Origin: an uncultured Gemmatimonadaceae bacterium
GTDB taxonomy: Bacteria > Gemmatimonadota > Gemmatimonadetes > Gemmatimonadales > Gemmatimonadaceae
Reading direction: 5' to 3'
Assembly (NCBI GenBank): GCA_963822945.1
Contig: CAWGJO010000028.1
Span: forward strand, 1-37,080
DNA: 37,080 nt
Under the pieces are notes generated by a model that worked only from the letters and a program-made list of their open reading frames with translations, did not search any database and was not told the origin of the DNA. Numbering within the stretch: the stretch's first letter is position 1; each line of letters opens with the position of its first letter. A program made the position numbers and the translations under genes. This document shows, one piece after another, positions 29,721 through 37,080 of the stretch.

Positions 29721-32315
29721 CTACTTCTTCGGGTTCAGGATGTCGGTGATCGTGTGGTCGGCGGCCTGCAGGTGCCACCGGGTTTCCCGGTCGGTCGTTT
29801 TCGGGATGGCCCGTTTGATGGCGGCCTGCAACTCGCCCAGCTCGCCCCGGAGGTCAGCCTTCGCCTCGTCGGAGAGCGGCTTGACGTTGCGCCCGAAGAA
29901 TCCGCCACGGCCGCCCGCGTTGGCCGAGGCCGGCGGCGGGTTCAGCTTGTGGTCGATGAGCGTGAGGTAGTTGTTCTGCAGCGTCCGGCGATAGATGTCG
30001 ATCGTCGGGTGCGCGGCGCTCAACTCGCTCCAGATGCCCTGGCGTACGTCGTCCAGGAAGTTGGGCAGCGGGTAGCGGTCGGCCGGCGCCGCCGTCGCCT
30101 GCAGCTCGAGCAGCCGGTCCATGCGCTGATCGTTGAGCAGGGAGTTGAGCACGCGGTTCTGCGCATTCCCGATGCGGTCCACCATGCCGGTGGGATCGAT
30201 CCGCGCCTGGATCTCGGTGTTGATCAGGTAGTGCGGCGTCTTGAAGACGCTGTCGTTCAGGAACTTCACCGCCGCCAGCTGCTTGGCGCGGCTGAGCGGC
30301 GTGTACACGGGGCCGGGCTGGCTGCCCGACTTGTACCACACGGCGCCGCCCCCGATCACGTTGGTGGGGTGCGCGGCCTCGGTGGCCCACTGGCCCACGA
30401 CGCGGTCGTACAGGTTGCCGAGCAGCGTGTTGTCCTCCATCGGCTGCGTGCCGGCGGCCTGCACGTAGTTCATCACCCGGGCGATGTTCCTGAACCCGAG
30501 TCCCGTGGCCCACACGGGGTTGGCATCGCCGACGGCCTCGCTCTGCGTGCCGAACTGGCCGAACGCGTTGTTCGCCGAGAAGCGCAGCCAGGGCACGGTG
30601 TCCTGCACCGCGATCCACTTCTCGAGCGTGGGCTTCTCCTCGGCCGGCGTCCTGGCGCCGGGGATCGGCTTGTAGCCCCACATGATGCTGTACTTGTCCC
30701 AGGGGCCGATGCGCGGCACCAGGGTCCAGAGCGGGATGTGGTCGCCGGGCTGGGCCACGTAGTTGAAGCGCGAGTAGTCCATGATGCTCGGGCTCGTCCC
30801 CATCTTCTCCACCCAGGTGGGGCTGCGCGCGCTGTCGGGCGGATACTCGGAGCTGCCGATCTGGTCGTGCTGCAGGCCCAGCGTATGGCCGATTTCATGG
30901 GCGACGCCGAACTCGAGCAGCCGGCCCATGAGCGAATCGGGCATCGGGAGTTGCCGCGCCCGCGGATCGAGCTGCGCGGCCTGGCTGAAGTACCAGTACT
31001 GCATCAGCTCGATCAGGTTGTGGAAGATGCGCGGCGACCCGTTGAGGATCTCGCCGGTGCGCGGGTCGCTGACGTGCGGCCCCACCGAGTTCTCGACGGT
31101 GGACGGGAGCCAGCGGATCACCGTGTGCCGGATGTCTTCCATCGACCAGTTGGGATCGTTGGTCGGCGCTTCCTTGGCGATGATCGCGTCCTTGAAGCCG
31201 GCGGCTTCGAAGGCGGGCTGCCAGCTCTCGATGGCCTTCTCGATCCACGGCTTCCACTTGTCGGGCGTGCCGGGATCCACGTAGTACACGATCGGCTGCT
31301 TGGGATAGCAGAGTTTGCCGTCCATGCGCGTGGAGCACTCCAGCCGCCAGCGCGTGATGTACTGGCGCGGCACGGCCACCTGCTGGTTGCTGCCGAAGTC
31401 CACGGTGCGCACGGTGAAGAACCCCGTGCGCTGATCGGCGTAGCGGATCGGCATCGGATTCTCGGGCAGCTTGATCATGCTCCAGTGGGCGAGCACGCTC
31501 TGCGCCATCTGCGCGCCGCCGCGCCCGCCGCCGCCGCCCGCACCGCCGCGTCCGCCGGCCGGCGCCGGCGTGCCGGTCTGTGCGGCCTGGATCTCCACGT
31601 TCTCGGGGAACGCCGCCACGTGCTCGATGTACGAGCGGTTGGCGTCGATGGAGCCGTGGATGGCTTCGATCTCGGGCACGTGGGTGGTGAACAGCTTGGT
31701 CACGTCGATCACCGGCGCGCTGTCGGGGCCGTACGACTCGATGGGGAACATCATGACGATCGGCGCGTAGTTGGACGACTCCACCGACCGGTATACCGAC
31801 AGGGTGCTGTCGGCCGTGATGTTGAACGACGGCGTGCGCAGCACGATGTGGTCGCCCACGCGGTCCCACCGCAGGGTGCGCTCCATGAACTCGTCACCGC
31901 CGTAGTCGCCGAATCCGCCGCCGCTGGAACCGCGGCCCTGGGGCTCCGGCGCGGCCGCGCGGTCGTAGCGGCCGACGATGAGCATGTCCTTGTTGAACTC
32001 GTGCGTCGGGATCTCGAAGTACAGCTTGTCGTCCACGCGGTGGGTGATGAACAGTCCGCGGGCGGTGATGGCGCTGGCGGGGATCACCTGGTGGTACGGC
32101 TTGGGGGCTGCGGCCTGGGCGGGGCCGGCGCCACGGCCGGCGCCGCGTCCACCGCGCCCGGCGGCCGCGGGTACCACGGCGCCGGATGGTGGGGCGGCCT
32201 GAGTGGGGGCGGGGGCGGGGGCGGGCGTCGGCGAGGAGGCCGGTGTGGTGGAACCGGCGCAACCCGCCACGGCGGCCACCGCGAGCAGGCGAGCGATGCG
32301 GAAAGACATGGCCAT
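29721..32315 (-). CDS. Zinc-dependent metalloprotease lipoprotein (DUF5117/DUF5118/DUF4953 type)
   Basis: Lipobox [16 protein letters not shown] zinc motif, SIMDY Met-turn, [20 protein letters not shown]. Start is ATG 32315 or 32309. Confidence 0.92.
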   Translation of the reverse strand: MAMSFRIARLLAVAAVAGCAGSTTPASSPTPAPAPAPTQAAPPSGAVVPAAAGRGGRGAGRGAGPAQAAAPKPYHQVIPASAITARGLFITHRVDDKLYFEIPTHEFNKDMLIVGRYDRAAAPEPQGRGSSGGGFGDYGGDEFMERTLRWDRVGDHIVLRTPSFNITADSTLSVYRSVESSNYAPIVMMFPIESYGPDSAPVIDVTKLFTTHVPEIEAIHGSIDANRSYIEHVAAFPENVEIQAAQTGTPAPAGGRGGAGGGGGRGGAQMAQSVLAHWSMIKLPENPMPIRYADQRTGFFTVRTVDFGSNQQVAVPRQYITRWRLECSTRMDGKLCYPKQPIVYYVDPGTPDKWKPWIEKAIESWQPAFEAAGFKDAIIAKEAPTNDPNWSMEDIRHTVIRWLPSTVENSVGPHVSDPRTGEILNGSPRIFHNLIELMQYWYFSQAAQLDPRARQLPMPDSLMGRLLEFGVAHEIGHTLGLQHDQIGSSEYPPDSARSPTWVEKMGTSPSIMDYSRFNYVAQPGDHIPLWTLVPRIGPWDKYSIMWGYKPIPGARTPAEEKPTLEKWIAVQDTVPWLRFSANNAFGQFGTQSEAVGDANPVWATGLGFRNIARVMNYVQAAGTQPMEDNTLLGNLYDRVVGQWATEAAHPTNVIGGGAVWYKSGSQPGPVYTPLSRAKQLAAVKFLNDSVFKTPHYLINTEIQARIDPTGMVDRIGNAQNRVLNSLLNDQRMDRLLELQATAAPADRYPLPNFLDDVRQGIWSELSAAHPTIDIYRRTLQNNYLTLIDHKLNPPPASANAGGRGGFFGRNVKPLSDEAKADLRGELGELQAAIKRAIPKTTDRETRWHLQAADHTITDILNPKK

Positions 32316-32525
32316 GGTCGGTTGAGTTGAAACGAGGGCGGCGACGACGTGGGGGGCGCCGCAGGCCGGGAGGGACGCGGCTAAGATGACGTCGGGACCG
32401 GGAATCGGACAGGGGCGGTTCCCGGTGGCCGCCACCGGCTCCGGCGTCTAGTTTCCCGCCGGGCACGACGCCCGGCTCCACGCCCCCGAACCCGCGACAA
32501 CCGGCGCCCCGCGCCGAGGACCGCC

Positions 32526-34814
32526 ATGCCGCTTCTCAACCGCGCCGCCGCGATGCCCGCTCGGTCGGGCATCGGGCGACTGACCGCTCTCGCCGCCGCT
32601 CTCGCCCTCGCCGCCGCGCCCGTGGCGGCGCAGATTCCCGCCCCGGTCGATTCGGCGCTCCACACGCTCTTCGCGTCGCGCACCTACGCCAGCCAGCGGT
32701 TCGGACCGGCGCGGTGGACCGACGGCGGCAACTCGTATCTGACGCTGGAGCCGTCGGCGACCGCGCGCGGCTACGACTTCGTGGAGTACGATGCCGCCAC
32801 CGGGCAGCGCTCGGTGAAGGTGCCCGCGGCCGAACTCACGCCGGCCGGACGCGACGAGGCGCTGCTGCCGCAGGACTACGCGTTCTCCAAGGACGGGCGG
32901 CGCCTGCTGATCTTCACCAACACGCGCAAGGTGTGGCGGCAGAACACGCGCGGCGACTACTGGGTGCTCGATCTCACGACCAGGCGACTGCACCAGGTGG
33001 GCGGGGCGCACGTGCCCGAGTCCCGCCTCATGTTCGCCAAGTTCAGTCCCGACGGATCGCGCGTGGCGTACGTGCTCTACGGCGACCTGTACGTGGAGCC
33101 GGCCGGCGGCGGACCGGCCACGCGCCTCACGCACGACGCGTCGCATACGCTGGTCAACGGCATGAGCGACTGGGTGTACGAGGAGGAGTTCGGCCTGCGC
33201 GACGGCTTTCGCTGGAGCCCCGACGGGAAGAACATCGCCTTCTGGCAGTTCGACATGCGGGGCATCCGCGACTTCCTGATGCTCGACGTCACCGACTCGC
33301 TCTACCCGTTCACGGTGCCGGTGCAGTATCCCAAGGCGGGCACCACCAACTCGGCCGTGCGCGTGGGCGTGGTGCCGGCCGCGGGCGGGCGGGTGACCTG
33401 GGTGAAGCTGCCGGGCGACCCGCGCAACAACTACGTGCCCTGGATGGAGTGGGCGGGCGCCGGCCAGCTCCTCATCCAGCACATGAACCGGGCCCAGAAC
33501 CGCGACGCGGTCATTCTCGCCGATGCCCGCACGGGCACGCCGCACACCGTGTTCACGGAGACCGACAGCGCGTGGGTGGATCTGGTGGACGACGTCCCCT
33601 GGCTGCACGGCGGCAAGTCGTTCCTCTGGTCCAGCGAGCGCGACGGGTGGCGCCACATCTACGACATCTCGCGCGACGGGAAGACGGTGAAGCTGCTCAC
33701 GCCGGGCGACTACGACGTGGAGGGCGTGGCGGCCGTGGACGAGCCCGGCGGGTGGCTCTACATCATTGCCAGCCCCGACAACGCCACGCAGCGCTACCTG
33801 TATCGCGTGTCGCTGCAGCATCCGGGCGCGCCGGAGCGCATGTCGCCCGCCGGCGAGACCGGCGTGCACGGGTACGACTTCTCTCCCAATGCGCACTGGG
33901 CGTTCCACACGTACTCGTCGTTCGACACGCCGCCGGTGATCGACCTCGTGCACTTTCCCGCCGGCACGGCCACGCGGACGCTGGTGGCCAACACCGAACT
34001 GCGCGCCGCCGCCCGGGACGCCATCCGCACGCCGGTGCAGTTCTTCAAGGTGACGGTGAGCGACGGGGCGACGCTGGACGGCTACATGATCCGGCCCAAC
34101 GACTTCGACCCGTCGCGCCACTACCCGATTCTGGTGAACGTGTACGGGGAGCCTGCGGCGCAGACGGTCATGGACCGCTGGGGCGGCGCCGGGATGCTCT
34201 GGCACCAGATGCTCGCCGACCAGGGCTATCTGGTGGTGAGCTTCGACAACCGCGGCACGCCGGCGCCCAAGGGGCGCGCCTGGCGCAAGGTCATCTACGG
34301 CTCCATCGGCCCGCTGTCGAGCAAGGAGCAGGCCGACGCGGTGCTGGCCTTCGCCCGCTCGCACCCCTATGCCGACAGCACGCACATCGCCATCTGGGGA
34401 TGGAGCGGCGGCGGATCGAGCACGCTCAACGCGATGTTCCGATACCCCGACGTGTACAAGCTGGGCATGGCGGTGGCGCCGGTGGCCGACCAGCGGCTGT
34501 ACGACACCATCTACCAGGAACGGTACATGGGCACCCCCGAAGGGAACCCCGACGGCTACCGGCGGGGCTCGCCTATCAATTTTGCTGACGGCTTGAAGGG
34601 GAAACTCCTGATTGTGCACGGCACGGGCGACGACAACGTGCACTATCAGGGGACGGCCCGGCTGATCAACAAGCTCGTCTCGCTGGACAAGCAGTTCGAC
34701 CTGATGATCTATCCGAACCGGACCCACTGCATCTGCGAGGGGGCGGGTACGACGCTTCAATTGTACTCCACGCTCACGCGCTACCTGCTGACCAACATGC
34801 CGCCGGCCCGCTAG
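32526..34814 (+). CDS. S9B family dipeptidyl peptidase IV, secreted
   Basis: DWVYEEEF double-Glu motif, YPKAG, GWSGGG catalytic Ser, HGTGDDNVH (Asp), YPNRTH (His); signal peptide; GAGGA RBS. Confidence 0.95.
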   Translation: MPLLNRAAAMPARSGIGRLTALAAALALAAAPVAAQIPAPVDSALHTLFASRTYASQRFGPARWTDGGNSYLTLEPSATARGYDFVEYDAATGQRSVKVPAAELTPAGRDEALLPQDYAFSKDGRRLLIFTNTRKVWRQNTRGDYWVLDLTTRRLHQVGGAHVPESRLMFAKFSPDGSRVAYVLYGDLYVEPAGGGPATRLTHDASHTLVNGMSDWVYEEEFGLRDGFRWSPDGKNIAFWQFDMRGIRDFLMLDVTDSLYPFTVPVQYPKAGTTNSAVRVGVVPAAGGRVTWVKLPGDPRNNYVPWMEWAGAGQLLIQHMNRAQNRDAVILADARTGTPHTVFTETDSAWVDLVDDVPWLHGGKSFLWSSERDGWRHIYDISRDGKTVKLLTPGDYDVEGVAAVDEPGGWLYIIASPDNATQRYLYRVSLQHPGAPERMSPAGETGVHGYDFSPNAHWAFHTYSSFDTPPVIDLVHFPAGTATRTLVANTELRAAARDAIRTPVQFFKVTVSDGATLDGYMIRPNDFDPSRHYPILVNVYGEPAAQTVMDRWGGAGMLWHQMLADQGYLVVSFDNRGTPAPKGRAWRKVIYGSIGPLSSKEQADAVLAFARSHPYADSTHIAIWGWSGGGSSTLNAMFRYPDVYKLGMAVAPVADQRLYDTIYQERYMGTPEGNPDGYRRGSPINFADGLKGKLLIVHGTGDDNVHYQGTARLINKLVSLDKQFDLMIYPNRTHCICEGAGTTLQLYSTLTRYLLTNMPPAR

Positions 34815-34836
34815 CCGGCGCCGGCTGCCGCACGCG

Positions 34837-35901
34837 ATGACCGATCCGTTCTCGATGTTCCGACGTTCCTCGCCCCACGAGCTGCGTACGCGGCTCGTGG
34901 GGCTGTACGCCGTGCTCATCGCCGCCAATGTCGGCGCGTGGGCATGGGCGCTCGTGGCGTTCCGGCACTATCCGCTGCTCATCGGCACCGCGTTGCTGGC
35001 CTACGGACTCGGCCTGCGCCACGCCATCGACGCCGACCACATCGCCGCCATCGACAACGTCACGCGCAAGCTGATGGCCGACGGACGGCGGCCGCTCGGC
35101 ATCGGCTTCTTCTTCTCGCTCGGCCACTCCACCGTGGTCGTGCTGGCATCGGTGGCGATCGCCGCCACGGCCATGGCGCTGAGCACCCGCCTCGAGTCGT
35201 TCCGCAACGTCGGGAGCATGATCGGCACCATCGTCTCGGCGCTGTTCCTGCTCGTGATCGCGATCATGAACCTGTTCATCCTCGTCGCGGTCTATCGCAC
35301 CTTCCACCGGGTGCGCCGCGGCGGCGAGTACGTCGAGGAGGATCTGAACGCGCTGATGGCGGGCAGCGGGTTCCTGGCGCGCATCTTCCGGCCGCTGTTC
35401 GGGATGGTCCGGGAGAGTTGGCACATGTACCCGCTGGGGCTGCTGTTCGGCCTCGGATTCGACACCGCCACCGAGATCGGGCTGCTCGGCATCTCGGCCG
35501 CCGGCGCGGCCAAGGGCATGTCCATCTGGACGATTCTCGTCTTCCCGGCGCTGTTCACCGTGGGGATGTCGATCGTGGACACCACCGACAGCGTGCTGAT
35601 GCTGGGCGCCTACGGATGGGCGTTCGCGCGTCCCATCCGCAAGCTTTACTACAACATGACCATCACCTTCGTCTCGGTGCTGGTGGCGCTTCTGGTGGGC
35701 GGCATCGAGGCGCTCGGGCTCGTCGGCGCCAAGTGGGATCTGCACGGCTGGCTGTGGAACGTCGTGGCGCGACTCAACGGCGATTTCGGCACGTTGGGCT
35801 ATCTGATCATCGGCGTGTTCGTGGCCAGCTGGATGGTTTCGGTGGCGGTCTACCGCCTCAAGGGGTACGACCGGCACGAGGTGCCGAAGCTCGTCGAGTA
35901 G
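34837..35901 (+). CDS. HoxN/HupN/NixA (NiCoT) nickel/cobalt transporter
   Basis: Signature RHAIDADHIAAID, FFSLGHSTVV, LFGLGFDTATE, RKLYYN. Confidence 0.95.
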   Translation: MTDPFSMFRRSSPHELRTRLVGLYAVLIAANVGAWAWALVAFRHYPLLIGTALLAYGLGLRHAIDADHIAAIDNVTRKLMADGRRPLGIGFFFSLGHSTVVVLASVAIAATAMALSTRLESFRNVGSMIGTIVSALFLLVIAIMNLFILVAVYRTFHRVRRGGEYVEEDLNALMAGSGFLARIFRPLFGMVRESWHMYPLGLLFGLGFDTATEIGLLGISAAGAAKGMSIWTILVFPALFTVGMSIVDTTDSVLMLGAYGWAFARPIRKLYYNMTITFVSVLVALLVGGIEALGLVGAKWDLHGWLWNVVARLNGDFGTLGYLIIGVFVASWMVSVAVYRLKGYDRHEVPKLVE

Positions 35902-36154
35902 CGGTTGACCCCGCGCCGGGTGCGGCGGGCACTTCCCGCCGATGCCCGGGTATACTCCTCTTTGAAAGCACTCCGCCGCACGCGCAGCGGCGGGGTCGCC
36001 GGTCAGCGGTGACGACCCCCGCGCAACACCACCCCGGCGTTCCGTGTCGCACGACGACCGCAGAGGGGATTCCCCCCGCCCGGAAGGGCCTGCGAGCGAC
36101 GCTCCATGCGCATCCAACAAGTTCGATCGGAGCGTCTGCTCCGGGAGGTTCCGT

Positions 36155-36853
36155 ATGTCCGTTCGCAACACGCACGACGATGCGCGTCGTTACGGCGCGC
36201 GCTCGAAGGTTCTCTCCGCCTGCACGCTGGCGGCGGCGCTGGTGATCACGGCGGCATCGGCCGGCGCGCAATCCATGCGCACCGCGCTTCCGAACGTCTG
36301 GCTGCGGCCGGAGTTGGGTGCCTACATCCCCATGGGACAACAGCGCAACCTGCTGGCCAGCGCGGTGCTGGTGGGCGCGCAGGCGCAGTGGGACCTCACG
36401 CCGCGGTGGGCGGTTACCGGCAGCTACGCCTGGACGCCGACGCACGACCGCACCACGACGTCCGCGTCCAACCAGCTCTTTCTGGGCGACGAGGCCCCGC
36501 TGAACGTCAAGCAGTGGGACGTGGGTCTGCAGGCGTACCTGGCCGACGCACGCTCCAGACTCGAGAACGGCGATTGGTACCTCCGTCCGTTCCTCGGCGC
36601 CGGCCTGGGCAACCGCACGTACAGCTATGGCGAGAAGCAGGTGGTGACCGACGCGGTGGGCAGGTCGAGCGCCAGTGACTTCGCCGGCTACGGAGCGCTG
36701 GGCGCCGACCTGGCGCTGGGCGGCTCGCCGTTCGGCCTGCACCTGGAACTGCGTGACAACATGACCAGGTTCAAGGGCACCTACGACCAGCTCGCCAATG
36801 GGACGACACGCAACGACATGACGCTCACCGCGGGCGTGGACCTGGGCTTCTGA
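36155..36853 (+). CDS. Outer-membrane beta-barrel protein (OmpA/OmpW-like small barrel)
   Basis: GGGAGG RBS, signal peptide ...ASAGA-Q, amphipathic strands, RPFLGAGLG, C-terminal LTAGVDLGF ending in Phe. Confidence 0.8.
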   Translation: MSVRNTHDDARRYGARSKVLSACTLAAALVITAASAGAQSMRTALPNVWLRPELGAYIPMGQQRNLLASAVLVGAQAQWDLTPRWAVTGSYAWTPTHDRTTTSASNQLFLGDEAPLNVKQWDVGLQAYLADARSRLENGDWYLRPFLGAGLGNRTYSYGEKQVVTDAVGRSSASDFAGYGALGADLALGGSPFGLHLELRDNMTRFKGTYDQLANGTTRNDMTLTAGVDLGF

Positions 36854-36878
36854 CCGGAGAGGGCGCGGCGTTCGGGTG

Positions 36879-37080
36879 CTACGCGTCGTTCGCCACGCGC
36901 AGCACCCGGGCGCCGCGGATGGCCTCGCCCGAGCGCAGCCAGGCGAGCGCGTCATTCGCGTCGGAGAGTGGTGCCTCCGACACGGTGGGCCGGAGGTTCA
37001 TGTCCGCGGCGGCCTGCAGAAACTCCCGTACGTCGGCACGCGTGACGTTGGCCACGCTCTTGATCTCGCGCTCGCGCCAG
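36879..37080 (-). CDS. Zinc-dependent alcohol dehydrogenase family protein, C-terminal part only
   Basis: Manual translation WREREIKSVANVTRADVREFL...PLSDANDALAWLRSGEAIRGARVLRVANDA*; matches the C-terminal pattern of medium-chain dehydrogenases. Confidence 0.75.
   Translation of the reverse strand, partial: WREREIKSVANVTRADVREFLQAAADMNLRPTVSEAPLSDANDALAWLRSGEAIRGARVLRVANDA

Noticed and set aside
32440..32520. CCCGAACCCG resembling part of the c-di-AMP (ydaO) riboswitch
   Set aside because: The other conserved ydaO elements are absent; a short GC-rich coincidence.
16946..34928. Very long antisense or alternate-frame ORFs (e.g. 16946-19798 -, 19795-22287 -, 27059-29209 +, 29754-32330 +, 32448-34928 -)
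   Set aside because: They shadow well-supported genes, are Arg/Gly/Ala/His-rich with no family motifs, and are expected in GC-rich DNA where stop codons are rare.

Overview
A GC-rich bacterial chromosomal segment. The gene repertoire (ADOP duplicated permeases with PadR, DUF5916, secreted peptidases with GRGG linkers) suggests Gemmatimonadota or a similar soil lineage; this is inference. About 26 protein genes are supportable: a GT4-like glycosyltransferase (partial), DUF4397-like and CBM9/DUF5916 exported proteins, an alpha/beta hydrolase, DUF5996, an MFS exporter, a PadR-ADOP pair, a beta-propeller lipoprotein, two L,D-transpeptidases, a GT39, a secreted glycosidase, a second ADOP permease, a plug-like protein, a serA/FAD-oxidase/serB operon, three secreted hydrolases/peptidases, a NiCoT transporter, an outer-membrane beta-barrel and a partial Zn-alcohol dehydrogenase. 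Several genes carry small frameshifts that look like long-read assembly errors. The standout feature is at 26.8-27.1 kb on the minus strand and is absent from the ORF track. A sigma70-type promoter precedes a 21-aa Asn-rich leader peptide (MIRIRRNSNNRNNWASPKGSG) and mutually exclusive antiterminator/terminator hairpins, and a tRNA-Asn(GTT) gene follows directly, then serA. This looks like a ribosome-mediated attenuator that controls the gene for the tRNA it senses. No mobile elements or CRISPR arrays were seen.
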